Assembly: GCA_046350055.1 (NCBI GenBank)
Contig: JAXMBC010000001.1
Coordinates: 151,425 to 215,424 of the forward strand
Direction of reading: 5' to 3'
Length of the DNA stretch: 64,000 nucleotides
From: Gemmatales bacterium
GTDB taxonomy: Bacteria; Planctomycetota; Planctomycetia; Gemmatales; HRBIN36
Positions 37,667 through 48,160 of the stretch are shown here, in pieces. The position numbers and the translations under genes were made by a program. How positions within the stretch are numbered: position 1 is the stretch's first letter; every line of letters starts with the position of its first letter. The notes under the pieces were generated by a model. The model ran no database searches. It saw only the letters and a program-made list of their open reading frames with translations, and was not told where the DNA came from.

Positions 37667-38353
37667 TCAGTCGAGCACCTTGATCTTGATGTTCTTGTAC
37701 TCCACCTTGTCGCCATGATCCTGGAGCACCAGGTGACCAGTGGCAGGCTTGCCGAAACTGGGCCACGCCTTGAATTTGCTGTTGGCGACTTTCTTGTTCC
37801 ACTCCGCGCCACCCTTTTGATACTCCACGACTTTCTCTCCATTGAGAAAATGCTGCACCAAGCCATTTTTGATGATGATGGTGGCATGGTTCCATTCGCC
37901 GGCAGGATGGCAAACTTCTTTCATCGGCGCATAGAGCCCATAGCAGGATCCAGCACTAGTGAGCTTGTTTCGACCATCAGCATGGCCTTTGTTATCGAGC
38001 ACCTGATATTCGGGGCCGGTCATGTAGGCTGTTTCCGGACCTTCTTCCACATGGTACATGATTCCACTGTTGCCCTTTGGGCTGACCTTCCAGTCCACAT
38101 GGAGTTCAAAGCTGCCATAGACCGCATCAGTCATAATGTCGCCGCCGCCACCAGAGCGAACAAGCAAGCCATCGACAACCTTCCATCCACTGGGCGGCAT
38201 CTTCTGCTTATAGCCTCGCCAGCCATCCAGATTCTTGCCGTTGAAAAGGAGAATAAAGCCATCCGCTTTCTCCTTATCGGTCAGGGTGTTGTCCTGAGCG
38301 AATGTCGAGGAAACGAAGAGGAGCAGGGAGAGCGTCAGAAGTCGTCGCAACAT
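37667..38353 (-). CDS. DUF1080 (3-keto-disaccharide hydrolase-like) secreted protein
   Basis: Signal peptide MLRRLLTLSLLLFVSSTFAQ, then LFNGKNLDGWRGY, NSGIMY, EYQVLDN, LVLQDHGDKVEYKNIKIKVL. Confidence 0.85.
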   Translation of the reverse strand: MLRRLLTLSLLLFVSSTFAQDNTLTDKEKADGFILLFNGKNLDGWRGYKQKMPPSGWKVVDGLLVRSGGGGDIMTDAVYGSFELHVDWKVSPKGNSGIMYHVEEGPETAYMTGPEYQVLDNKGHADGRNKLTSAGSCYGLYAPMKEVCHPAGEWNHATIIIKNGLVQHFLNGEKVVEYQKGGAEWNKKVANSKFKAWPSFGKPATGHLVLQDHGDKVEYKNIKIKVLD

Positions 38354-38509
38354 GGCAACCTCAGGGTGAAAGGGGAATGCTAACATGATACCGAGCGTTC
38401 AGGCAGAAGCCATTGACTCCGGGAGGAGAATCAGGGAGAAATGGCATCATGTGAGAGACTCCCATAGGAATTGGGGAGGAGCTACCCAGGCGATGGAGCG
38501 CAATGGAGC

Positions 38510-40177
38510 ATGGAACGCTGGTGGGATTTACTGGTTATCGCCCTGCTCGGTGCATGGCTGCTGGTAACGAATCTTGATAGCCCCTTGATGGAACCCGATG
38601 AATCCCGCTATGCCGAGATTCCCCGACTGATGCTGCGCACAGGTGACTGGATCACCCCCAGACTGCAAGGCAAGCCCTACAACGACAAGCCGCCACTGGT
38701 CTACTGGTTGATCGGAGCCAGTTATTGGACTTTTGGAGTCAGCATTGAAGCGGCTCGACTTGTCCCTGCCGTTGCTGGCTGGCTGACCTTGATGATCGTC
38801 TACCTTTGGACCCGTCGCTACCTTGGTAGAAAGATGGCCAACTACTCAGCCTTCATCATGCTGACCATGATCGGTTACCTGGCTCTCATGCGGATGCTGT
38901 TACTCGATGGCGTACTGTCATTCCTGGTTATCGGCTCGTTGCTCGCAGGACATCATGCCCTATCACAGCGGCGACACGCTGGTTGGTGGCTTGTTTCTGC
39001 GATCATTTGCGGTCTGGGCGTTCTCGCCAAGGGGCCGGTAGCCATAGTGCTGGTGACACCCTGCCTGTTCATGCTCCGTTGGCTTGATCGGCGTACCACA
39101 CCGATGACATTTCTGGATGCAGTATGGTATGGCTTCGTAGTTCTCGCCATTGCGGTACCCTGGTACGCGGTGATGATGGTGACGAATGAGCACTTTGGAT
39201 CAGAGCATTTCTTCCGGCATCACTTCCGGAGGTTCCTTGATCCGGCACATCATCAGCAGCCGTTCTGGTACTACATCCCAGCACTGCTGATTGAATTGTT
39301 ACCCTGGCCGATCTTGCTGGTACCTGTGCTGCAGCGATGGCGGCTGTGGACCGGTCCGGAACGATTTCTGATGTTTTTCATCGGCTTCTGTTTTCTGTTC
39401 TTCAGCATCGCCCGGGCCAAACTTCCAACATACCTGCTGCCATTACTGCCTCTTCTGGCCGTGATGTTCAGTCATGAACTGGTAGCACTTGCCAGGAAAT
39501 GGCATGCAGCACTGAAGTGGGAGGGCGAAATCCTGCACAGCAAACAAGGCATCGATCCACGGCGTGTGCAGCTCGGCTTCACCCTGTCATTGACTATCCT
39601 GCTGTTCGGCGTGACGTTTCGTTCCTGGGGTTTCTATTATGCATTGCAGGTGGGGAGTCTTTCGTGCGACCCCTGGGCGTTGTGCCTGATGATGATGGGT
39701 ATAGGGTTACTGGTTTTCCAGCTCATGACCGACTTCGCTGTACCCCGCCTGGCCTATGGCCTTGTCCCATTAGCGTTGCTTACTACCTACTGTGTCACCC
39801 ATCACGCGATTCCTGATTATGCCGAAGCTGTTTCCATTGTCGATGACTGTCAGGAATTGAAACGCCTGGCCGAAACCGCTGGCATACCAGCTGTCGCTCA
39901 TCGCAATAGTTGGGACGCCGTCAGTTTTGCACGTAATGGCGACGAACTGGAAGTCTTCTCGTCCCGCGAATGGCCTGCTTTTACTGCATGGCTCAAGCAG
40001 CATCCTCGTGCCATGATCTGGATGCGTGATTATGAAGGACGTGTGGAGACTTTCGCTCAGTCATTGCCAAAAGGTATGGAAGTGGAGCAGACCTACGACC
40101 TGGGTCGTGTGCAGGGGATCATCGTCAGACAGACTGAAGTGATGCAGACAGGCTACGAAGAGAAGCCTGAAAAGTGA
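38510..40177 (+). CDS. GT39/ArnT-like (GT-C fold) glycosyltransferase
   Basis: EPDESRYAEIPRLMLRTGDWITPRLQGKPYNDKPPLVYWL.. and many TM helices. Start is ATG 38510 or the upstream 38471. Confidence 0.85.
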   Translation: MERWWDLLVIALLGAWLLVTNLDSPLMEPDESRYAEIPRLMLRTGDWITPRLQGKPYNDKPPLVYWLIGASYWTFGVSIEAARLVPAVAGWLTLMIVYLWTRRYLGRKMANYSAFIMLTMIGYLALMRMLLLDGVLSFLVIGSLLAGHHALSQRRHAGWWLVSAIICGLGVLAKGPVAIVLVTPCLFMLRWLDRRTTPMTFLDAVWYGFVVLAIAVPWYAVMMVTNEHFGSEHFFRHHFRRFLDPAHHQQPFWYYIPALLIELLPWPILLVPVLQRWRLWTGPERFLMFFIGFCFLFFSIARAKLPTYLLPLLPLLAVMFSHELVALARKWHAALKWEGEILHSKQGIDPRRVQLGFTLSLTILLFGVTFRSWGFYYALQVGSLSCDPWALCLMMMGIGLLVFQLMTDFAVPRLAYGLVPLALLTTYCVTHHAIPDYAEAVSIVDDCQELKRLAETAGIPAVAHRNSWDAVSFARNGDELEVFSSREWPAFTAWLKQHPRAMIWMRDYEGRVETFAQSLPKGMEVEQTYDLGRVQGIIVRQTEVMQTGYEEKPEK

Positions 40178-40186
40178 TGATGCAAA

Positions 40187-40216
40187 ACAGGCACACCAGC
40201 TGTCTGGTGTGCCTGT
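40187..40216. terminator. hairpin between convergent genes
   Basis: acaggcacaccag-ctgt-ctggtgtgcctgt, a perfect 13-bp stem. Confidence 0.5.
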
Positions 40217-40232
40217 CACCCTGGTTGGTAGA

Positions 40233-40763
40233 TTAGCGAACGAACAGATGCATGTAACGCCGGCCGTCCGAGCCCATCACCCAGGCAGCTCCGCCATAGG
40301 TGTAGTTGTCGTATGTGCAGCATGTGCCCCAACCCCAAGATGGTTCCAGAGCGCCACAGCCCGCAGCAGCGGCCTGTGCACCTGAAGGCAGGTGGTCAAA
40401 GTCACTGGCCAGGTGGCCATGAATGTGGCTGGCCGCACGCAACTTGGCGCAGGTACGAGCAGCCTGGTTCAGCAAGGGGTCAGGCAGCAGCGGCTTAAGA
40501 CCACGCTTGGCCCTTTCAGCATTCACTTCATCCAACGCATCATCCGAACCAGTAACGCTTGAAGAGGCAGGCTTGGATTCGACTTGCGGAACTGCAGAGT
40601 CAACATCGACCTTCCTGGCTGTGGTAACGACTGATTCTTGAACCGGCACTTCCTGGCTCAGGACAGGCATGTTGCTCCGCTGACGTGAACGACGGGGAGG
40701 ACCAGCCTGGACTGCTACTTCTGCTACACCCAGTAGTGCAACAAGAATCATCATAAAACGCAT
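40233..40763 (-). CDS. secreted CAP/SCP/PR1-like domain protein
   Basis: Signal peptide MRFMMILVALLGVAEVAVQA, then LDEVNAERAKRGLKPLLPDPLLNQAARTCAKLRAASHIHGH. Confidence 0.65.
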   Translation of the reverse strand: MRFMMILVALLGVAEVAVQAGPPRRSRQRSNMPVLSQEVPVQESVVTTARKVDVDSAVPQVESKPASSSVTGSDDALDEVNAERAKRGLKPLLPDPLLNQAARTCAKLRAASHIHGHLASDFDHLPSGAQAAAAGCGALEPSWGWGTCCTYDNYTYGGAAWVMGSDGRRYMHLFVR

Positions 40764-41065
40764 CGTGCTTCTCCTGTTGAGTATGGAACGTTTCCTCGGG
40801 CGAACGCATAAGTTATGGACGTAGCGATTGTATGGTCACCCTGAGCGCACAACTTTTCGAATTAATCCCGAGACTGAACTCATTACTTTGATAGTGGCAA
40901 TAATCAGCTGAAAGCATCCATTGAGGCTTATAATGCCTGCCAGTAGCTTCCTCAAAGCCTGTGATCAATGAAATCAACAGTTGAAGTTAATGACGATCAG
41001 CATTTCTTGTTGTCTATCCTGAACTGGATGAAGTAGCATACCTTGCAACTGAATAAGGAAAAATC

Positions 41066-43315
41066 ATGCATACTCTCTTGTTCCAGTGTCTTTTATTTGT
41101 TCTTTTTCTGCCGTTGATACCCACTTTAGCCGCGCAGGACTTGCAATCTATCCAACGCAAGTTGGTAAAGGAACCGACGTATCAGAGTACTCCAGAGTAT
41201 GGGTTGTTAGTGCTCGGAGCCAAGCAGCAGAAGGTGTGGTTCGTTCGAGATGGCAACATTCTCTACGTAGATCGCTTTGGAACAGGTGACCTGACAAGGC
41301 CAGAAGCCAGGGTGCTTGCCAATGTGAAAGAGAGTTCACCCAGTGAGTTCGAGTATCAATTCGATGTCGGCTCACTTCCAGGTCTTCCGGGTGAGCCTAC
41401 CGATGTCATCGTTATGACGCGAAGGCTCTCCGCTGTGCCGGATCTGACAAACGAGATGAAGCAAAAAGTTATCCGCGAGCCCAATGTCGTCTCTTATATG
41501 ATTGTGCTGCAGACAAAGCATCCAGCCTGGAAAGGCATGGGTGTTGATAGGCGTTTGATGCACGTGATCGGCTACTTCGATCATCGTGGGGCATTGCATT
41601 TCAGCTCCAAGGCCGAGACTGCACCCATTTTCCATGTCGGCGGTCCGCTCCAGATTGTACCCTTTGGCCAGCTTCCAACAGGCCGGGCAGGCAGTTCGTG
41701 CGAAATTGTCACGGCTGTAGGTACCCCAGGACTTGGATCCGGTTCAACTGCGTTTCTTGCATACGAGATGACTATTCTGCCTGGACTGACGCCGACGCTG
41801 GAAGTGACCTATGCCACAGGAGAAAAGGCAACTACACCGCTGAAACAGGTAGCCCCGCTGAAGGAACGATGCTGTGGGGTGAACTTCTATGGACGCTTAC
41901 ACATCCCGGCGGAAGCCGGTGTCGGACTTGCGCACGTCAGGATCAGCCTGACTGGATGGAGTGAAGCAGTTATCTCACCTTCCGAAGCAACCATGAACGT
42001 ACTGCCGCAGCGAGTAAAAATCATTCCTCAATCGATCAGCTTGCAGCCTAGCAGGCAACTGGTGCATCCGGATCGCCAGGGCAGTATGTATCAATTGCAG
42101 TTTTCACCGGATGCCAGCAAATTCTTCGCGTCCAGCCTCTCCGGTGGAATCTTGCAATGGTGGGATCTAGCCAGCGGCCAGCAACTGCGTTCCATCGAAA
42201 CAGGAACAACTGAGCGCCGCAATCCGAATTACGCGATGTTGTCACCTGACTGGAAGTCAGTCTGGGTAGGAGATGATAAGCGTCCACAAATCAAGAGGCT
42301 GGAAAAAGAGGGTAAGCAATACGTTGAATGGAAGTATGATTCTCGACTACGCCACTGGGATGCGACAACTGGTGCACTGCAGGAGAGCATTCTCAAAGCT
42401 GGGCGGAACTATTGCTTGACCACTATCTCGCAAGATGGACGGTATTTGGCTGCACTGGAAGATGTGTCTGGTGTTTATTCTCGTGGCCAGGCACGAGTGC
42501 AGATCATTACGCTGAGGGATCTAAAAACCGGGAAAGAGATCATGCTGCCTTCGAAGTATGGTTTCTTCCACGACTTCTCACACGATGGCAAGCATCTGCT
42601 GGTTTGTGAAGCTGACGGCAAACGTGAGAAGCCACTTGTCGCCTGGCATCTTATTTCAGTCCCAGAAGGTACGGTGAAACACAGCCTGACGGCAGAGCAA
42701 TGCATCAAAGGTCACATGGTCCAGTTATCGAAAGACACCCGGTATGCGTATTCGCAGGTGACCACGTATGCAGCTCCAAGGAACTACCAGAAATACACCA
42801 GCGAACTTCAATGCTGGGATTTTGAAACTGGAAAGAAAGTCGAGACTATACCTGTTGGCGATGAACGACAGCGTTATTCAACGTCATTCAACGACAATCA
42901 CACCATGTTGATGACATGCAGCAGTCCTGATCCTCGCCATTACACGCATGAACCGAGCACAGTGCGACTTTATCAACTGCCTGAGATGAAGCTGAAACAC
43001 ACCATTCCATTGCATAGTACGGGCAGCTATGGAGCAGCAGCATTTCATCCTCTGGGAAAGCTGACTGTTCAAGTATGTCAGCAATTCCCCAAAGAGTTAT
43101 ACAACAACGCCGAGTTTGCCACTCTTGATGTGGAGGAGATTCCTCAGCCTTCGCTCTGCTGGATTGATCTCGCGAAGGGCAAGGTCATTCGAACCGATAT
43201 CCTTCCCCCTGCCATTGTCGGTCGGCTGCAATTCAGTCCTGACGGCAAGACTCTGGCAATGGGGGTAAGGGGAGGCGTCTCACTTTTCGATGTGCCCGGT
43301 GAACTGCTCAAATAA
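41066..43315 (+). CDS. secreted WD40/beta-propeller-like repeat protein, function unknown
   Basis: Signal peptide ..LPLIPTLAAQ. Repeats such as LQFSPDASKFFASSLSGGILQWWDLASGQ and LQFSPDGKTLAMG. Confidence 0.6.
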   Translation: MHTLLFQCLLFVLFLPLIPTLAAQDLQSIQRKLVKEPTYQSTPEYGLLVLGAKQQKVWFVRDGNILYVDRFGTGDLTRPEARVLANVKESSPSEFEYQFDVGSLPGLPGEPTDVIVMTRRLSAVPDLTNEMKQKVIREPNVVSYMIVLQTKHPAWKGMGVDRRLMHVIGYFDHRGALHFSSKAETAPIFHVGGPLQIVPFGQLPTGRAGSSCEIVTAVGTPGLGSGSTAFLAYEMTILPGLTPTLEVTYATGEKATTPLKQVAPLKERCCGVNFYGRLHIPAEAGVGLAHVRISLTGWSEAVISPSEATMNVLPQRVKIIPQSISLQPSRQLVHPDRQGSMYQLQFSPDASKFFASSLSGGILQWWDLASGQQLRSIETGTTERRNPNYAMLSPDWKSVWVGDDKRPQIKRLEKEGKQYVEWKYDSRLRHWDATTGALQESILKAGRNYCLTTISQDGRYLAALEDVSGVYSRGQARVQIITLRDLKTGKEIMLPSKYGFFHDFSHDGKHLLVCEADGKREKPLVAWHLISVPEGTVKHSLTAEQCIKGHMVQLSKDTRYAYSQVTTYAAPRNYQKYTSELQCWDFETGKKVETIPVGDERQRYSTSFNDNHTMLMTCSSPDPRHYTHEPSTVRLYQLPEMKLKHTIPLHSTGSYGAAAFHPLGKLTVQVCQQFPKELYNNAEFATLDVEEIPQPSLCWIDLAKGKVIRTDILPPAIVGRLQFSPDGKTLAMGVRGGVSLFDVPGELLK

Positions 43316-43325
43316 TGACATGCGT

Positions 43326-43694
43326 CTAGCCGTGGAATGACTTGGCGCATTGAATACAGCGTCGTGCATATGGCAGGGCCTTCATACGGTCAGCATCGAT
43401 CGTGGACTTGCACTCCACACATTTGCCATACGTACCTGCCTTAATTCGGTCGAGGGCAGCCTCAATCTCACTGAGAGTGAATTCCTGGTTACCCAGCAGG
43501 TGCTTGGTCACATATTCTTCAGCAGCCTGGTTGGATACTTCCTGATAATCACTCATGTCCTGGCCCTGGGCATAATCCCCCTGCTTCGTCCGAAGTTCGT
43601 CTGTTTCGCGCTCGAGTTCGCTTACATTCTTACCCAAGTGTCTGGCCAGAGCGATCAATAACTGACGCTGTTGCTGAATCTCAGATGGAGTCAT
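43326..43694 (-). CDS. DksA/TraR-family C4 zinc-finger protein
   Basis: C-terminal GTYGKCVECKSTIDADRMKALPYARRCIQC after a coiled-coil N-terminal part. Confidence 0.8.
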   Translation of the reverse strand: MTPSEIQQQRQLLIALARHLGKNVSELERETDELRTKQGDYAQGQDMSDYQEVSNQAAEEYVTKHLLGNQEFTLSEIEAALDRIKAGTYGKCVECKSTIDADRMKALPYARRCIQCAKSFHG

Positions 43695-43964
43695 GGTGAA
43701 CCTCGGAAAGGGAAGAGCTTGAACTATTCTATGCCAAAAGACGAGGTGCAGAGCCGATTTCGGTTCATCATTCCAGCTTCGTGCTGGTTAACACCTAATT
43801 GATCCCGAGAGCACTGCAGCCGATGCGTGATCCTGGACATTGACCGATCTCAGGATGTCATTCTGCGTGCGAGTCGCATGCGATTCACCGAGGTTCCGTT
43901 AGATTCCTTCTTGTCCTCCTGTAGTCGCTCCTATAATACCGGTGCAGTTCACAATTCTGCCTTC

Positions 43965-44096
43965 GTCGCGATGCGGCGAGGCAGGAGGGGACCCACGCAA
44001 TGGGGTTATGTGAACCTGGTCAGGCCGGAAGGAGCAGCCATAAGCATTTGCTCTTTGTGCGTTGGATCAGCCTCTCCTGTCTCGCCCTGTCGCGAC
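43965..44096 (+). ncRNA. ffs: signal recognition particle RNA (small, 4.5S-type)
   Basis: Conserved domain IV core cctggtcaggccGGAAggagcagcc (compare E. coli CCAGGUCAGGUCCGGAAGGAAGCAGCC). 5' gtcgcga..ggcgag..caggag pairs with 3' ctcctg..ctcgcc..tcgcgac. TATAAT at 43932-43937, and a T-run follows 44096. Confidence 0.75.
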
Positions 44097-44114
44097 ATTT
44101 TTGTTGATGCAGTG

Positions 44115-47100
44115 TTACACTCCAGCTGGGCCTGAGCTCGTAAACATTCTGCTGCACAATCGCCAGATTTCCCCCACCACCAGAACAAAGGCACTGGCTC
44201 CAATAACCATGGCCCACTGCACTGCAGACAGGGGATATGTGGAAAACACCGCCCCACCGAACTGGGTAATGATGCATTGCCCCACCAGAATGATGCCAGC
44301 GATCGCCCAGAAGTAGACATTTTCAAATGGATGATCAAACACGGATCGCTGGCTACCTAGACGACGGGCGTTGAACAAATTCCAGAACTGTAGCATCACA
44401 TAAAACGTGAAAAACAGAGATAACCGTTGCTGTATCCCACGAGCAGCCTCTTGTTCAGCCGTGGTCGCTGTCTCGCGACGCAACGTCTGCTGTGCAGCAT
44501 CGTAATCGAATGCCCCCTGCGATTTGAACCAGAACAAGAGTCCCAGCAGGACTACCACGAACAGGGTTCCCATACCGATGATGGCCCATGCCATCTTGTG
44601 TGTGATGATGAAATCCCCAGGCTTGCGAGGCATACGCTTCATCACGGATGGTTCAGGTGGCTCCGTAGCCAGAGCCAGGGCGGCAAAAGTATCCATGATC
44701 AGATTGACCCAGAGCAGTTGCATCACCGTCAGTGGTGTGCTGCCTCCGGTTACAAATGCTGCGATGAGAGCCAGGGTGAGTGCGGAGAGGTTGATGGTTA
44801 ACTGGAAGACGAGGAACCGCTGAATGTTCTGATACAACGAGCGGCCCCAGAAGATGGCATTGACGATGCTCTTGAACGAATCGTCGAGAAGGATGATATC
44901 ACTGGCTTCCTTGGCTACCGCAGTACCAGTCTTCCCCATGGCCAGGCCAACATCGGCATAATTCATAGCCGGGGCATCGTTGGTGCCATCACCGGTCACC
45001 GCAACGACTTCGCCAGCCTGTTTGAGAAGCTGCACCATTCGGAGTTTGTCCATGGGGCGTGCTCGCGCCATGACTTTGACAGAGCGAACTACTTCACCAG
45101 CTTGGGCGTCGTCCATGCCTGCAAATTGGGGACCGGTGAGCAGTCTGCCATTCTCCCTGTCATCTGCCTCGGTCCACAAGCCAATCTGTCGGGCGATTTC
45201 GCAAGCAGTGGCCGGGTTGTCCCCTGTCACCATCTTGACTTGTACGCCGGCCCTGGCACAGTCCGCAATCGCAGCAGGCACCTCAGGACGCACGGGATCG
45301 TGGATGGCAAAGAAGCCCAGCCATGTGAGCTGCTGCGATAGTGCTTCCAGCGGTGTCTCATCTGGGTTCCCGACTGTTGGCTGATCGTGATACGCCAGCC
45401 CAAGCGTCCGCATACCGCGATGTTGATAACTTCGGAGTAGTTCATCAATCTGCTGCTGATCTTCCGGAGAAAGTGGCATCTTGCCTTGCTGCGTGAGTTG
45501 TGTGGAACAACGAGCCAGAATGATTTCAGGGGCACCTTTCACATGAAGGATGTGTCCCTCCATGCCTGCAGCCTGACCCAGTGTGCCCATGAACTTGCGT
45601 TCGGTCGAGAATGTCCACTGACGGATGGTGCGGAACCTGATCCGGGCCTCGGCGTAATTGACTCCCTGGTCGTTCAGCCACAGGAGCGTGGCTGCTTCAG
45701 TAGGGTTACCCACTCCCACCGTATCATGGTTACTACTGCTTAAATACGCAGTGCTGTTGACGCAAAGCCCTTCGATCAGAAGTTGCCCAACCGGTTCGCT
45801 CAATCTGATCTGCTCACCAAAGGCTGGAAAATGCACAGCCTGGGTACGCATCTGGTTCATGGTCAGCGTGCCGGTTTTATCAGTACAAATCACCGTGGAT
45901 GCACCGATGGTTTCGCAGGCATGCATTCGCCGTACAAGGTTATTGCTCGCCGTCATCCGTCGCATCGAATAGGCCAGGGCCAGAGTTACGCTCATAGCCA
46001 GACCTTCCGGCACGGCGACCACAATGATGGTTACCGATACCATGAAATATTTGAGCAACTTCTCACCAGCAAAGTGGGGTAACCAGCTAGAAGGTGCAAG
46101 CGTCATCCAGCCCATGCTTGTGAACCAGAACATGCCCAGGGCAAAGAGCAGCCCACCTGCAAAGAATGCAGCCAGCCAACTCTTGATAGATTCCGACTCC
46201 AGCCAGGCAGGTGGAGATGTTTCCCACCCAATGATCTCCAAGCCATCGTAAACCATGGGCAGCCAGACACGTATCAAGGCGATGAATACACTGGCGATGA
46301 GTAACCAGACAAACAGCCACTGTTCACTCGGAAGAACAAGTCGCTCAGCCAGCCAGGCTTCGAGCAAGAGGCCAAAAAACGTAAAGACAGCGAAACCCAG
46401 CCCAATCACGCCAATGAGTTTGCTGAGTCTGGCTAACTGCCGATTGAGGGGTGTGATCTCGTTGGTCTCTTCGCTAGCCGCTCGGGCGGTCTTACCAATA
46501 TCTGTCTGATCTCCGACAGCCGTCACCTTGAGAATGCCTCGACCATCCGCGACAAAAGTGCCGCGGAGGAGGTTATTCTGGGCATAGGCAGTATGCTCAT
46601 CCGGCTTATCGAATGATTGACTGACTCGTTTGGAAGCCGGCACGGATTCGCCCGTCAGTCGTGATTCATCAATCTGCAGATTGACGGCTTCCAGCAAGAT
46701 CCCATCGGCGGGAACCTCTTCTCCCAACTCCAGTAACAGGACATCGCCCACAACGATGTCCTGCTTGGCGATGGTGACAACTTCGTTATTTCGAATTGCC
46801 TTGAAGTGAACGTCGTCATCTACCTTATTCAGCAGATCGAACTCCTTGTTCGCCTGGTATTCGTTCCAGAAACCAAGGAAAGTCGACAGCAGGATGGCTA
46901 ACAGAATGCCGACACCTTCGATGTAATCCTGGTGATAGGCTCCAGCCGCGATCGCAATGAATGCCGCGATGATGAGGATGCGGATCACCGGATCCTTGAA
47001 CTTCTCCAGATAGAGTTGCCACCAGGCCTCACGTTGGGGAGGTGTCAGCACATTGCTGCCATGCTTGGCGCGGCTCTCCAGTACCTGATGATGTGTCAAT

Positions 47101-47126
47101 CCGGGAAATGGCAGCGCGTTAGGCAT
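44115..47126 (-). CDS. cation-transporting P-type ATPase (type II, Ca2+-ATPase-like)
   Basis: TGES, phosphorylation site CTDKTGTLT, TGDN, hinge VAVTGDGTNDAPAM, M4 VPEGL. Confidence 0.9.
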   Translation of the reverse strand: MPNALPFPGLTHHQVLESRAKHGSNVLTPPQREAWWQLYLEKFKDPVIRILIIAAFIAIAAGAYHQDYIEGVGILLAILLSTFLGFWNEYQANKEFDLLNKVDDDVHFKAIRNNEVVTIAKQDIVVGDVLLLELGEEVPADGILLEAVNLQIDESRLTGESVPASKRVSQSFDKPDEHTAYAQNNLLRGTFVADGRGILKVTAVGDQTDIGKTARAASEETNEITPLNRQLARLSKLIGVIGLGFAVFTFFGLLLEAWLAERLVLPSEQWLFVWLLIASVFIALIRVWLPMVYDGLEIIGWETSPPAWLESESIKSWLAAFFAGGLLFALGMFWFTSMGWMTLAPSSWLPHFAGEKLLKYFMVSVTIIVVAVPEGLAMSVTLALAYSMRRMTASNNLVRRMHACETIGASTVICTDKTGTLTMNQMRTQAVHFPAFGEQIRLSEPVGQLLIEGLCVNSTAYLSSSNHDTVGVGNPTEAATLLWLNDQGVNYAEARIRFRTIRQWTFSTERKFMGTLGQAAGMEGHILHVKGAPEIILARCSTQLTQQGKMPLSPEDQQQIDELLRSYQHRGMRTLGLAYHDQPTVGNPDETPLEALSQQLTWLGFFAIHDPVRPEVPAAIADCARAGVQVKMVTGDNPATACEIARQIGLWTEADDRENGRLLTGPQFAGMDDAQAGEVVRSVKVMARARPMDKLRMVQLLKQAGEVVAVTGDGTNDAPAMNYADVGLAMGKTGTAVAKEASDIILLDDSFKSIVNAIFWGRSLYQNIQRFLVFQLTINLSALTLALIAAFVTGGSTPLTVMQLLWVNLIMDTFAALALATEPPEPSVMKRMPRKPGDFIITHKMAWAIIGMGTLFVVVLLGLLFWFKSQGAFDYDAAQQTLRRETATTAEQEAARGIQQRLSLFFTFYVMLQFWNLFNARRLGSQRSVFDHPFENVYFWAIAGIILVGQCIITQFGGAVFSTYPLSAVQWAMVIGASAFVLVVGEIWRLCSRMFTSSGPAGV

Positions 47127-47289
47127 TCAGGTCTCAGCTTGATCTTTCCACTTTGTTACGTGTCCCTGGTCAATGGCAGAGACTCTGCCTTACCTGCTTT
47201 GCAGGAATTGGCCTAGCCTTCTATCGCTTCCTGGGCTATATCCTTCCCATTGTATTCATCTTTCGTCTCGGCCACGGAGGGCTACCATA

Positions 47290-48129
47290 ATGTCAGGCAA
47301 CCAGACTGCCCCTCACCACAGTGCTCATGTTCACCCTACAGCACTGGTTTCGCCTGAAGCAATGCTGGCTGAAGACGTAGTCGTAGGACCTTACTGTATT
47401 ATTGATGGTCGAGTGCGCATTGGAGCTGGCTCCATTCTGCATGCGCGTTCGCATCTCATCGGCCCGCTGACTATCGGCGAAGGTAATGAGATTTTCAGCA
47501 ACGCCATCATTGGCGAAAAGCCACAGCATTTCATGTATAAGAACGAGCCGACCAGTGTCGAAATCGGCGATAACAACGTCTTCCGCGAGAATGTAACCAT
47601 ACATCGGGGTACCACCGGCAGCTGGACTACCAAGATTGGTTCCGGCAACTACTTCATGGCTGGAGCCCACGTTGCCCATGATTGCCGCATCGGGAACAAG
47701 TGCATCCTGGCCAACAACTCACTGGTCGGTGGGCATGTTGAATTCGATGACAACGTCTACATCTCGGGTAATGCAGCTGTTCACCAGTTTTGTCGCATGG
47801 GCCGATTGTCTTTCCTTTCTGGAACCTCGGGAACCACGAAAGACATCCCTCCCTTCATTATTCAGCAGAACATCAACCATGTGGTCGGGGTCAACATCAT
47901 TGGCATGCGTCGAGCAGGCCTTAATTCGGCCCAGATCAATGCTATTCGCCGAGTGTATCACATCCTGTATTTGCAACATCTCTCCACGCCAAACGCACTG
48001 ATCGAAATCGAAGCGGAACTGGGCCACGTTGACGTGGTGCAGGAATTCGTCCGCTTCATCCGTGAATCCAAGCGTGGCATCAACGGAGTAGCTGAGGGCC
48101 CCAACACCTCATTGGAACTGGCAGCATAG
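47290..48129 (+). CDS. lpxA: acyl-ACP--UDP-N-acetylglucosamine O-acyltransferase
   Basis: Left-handed beta-helix hexapeptide repeats (HPTALVSPEAMLAEDVVVGPYCIIDGRVRIGAGS..) and C-terminal ..GVNIIGMRRAGLNSAQINAIRRVYHILY. ATG 47290 preferred over the ORF-track 47173. Confidence 0.9.
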   Translation: MSGNQTAPHHSAHVHPTALVSPEAMLAEDVVVGPYCIIDGRVRIGAGSILHARSHLIGPLTIGEGNEIFSNAIIGEKPQHFMYKNEPTSVEIGDNNVFRENVTIHRGTTGSWTTKIGSGNYFMAGAHVAHDCRIGNKCILANNSLVGGHVEFDDNVYISGNAAVHQFCRMGRLSFLSGTSGTTKDIPPFIIQQNINHVVGVNIIGMRRAGLNSAQINAIRRVYHILYLQHLSTPNALIEIEAELGHVDVVQEFVRFIRESKRGINGVAEGPNTSLELAA

Positions 48130-48160
48130 CAGTTGTTAAGCTGCATGCTCGCAGGCAAGC

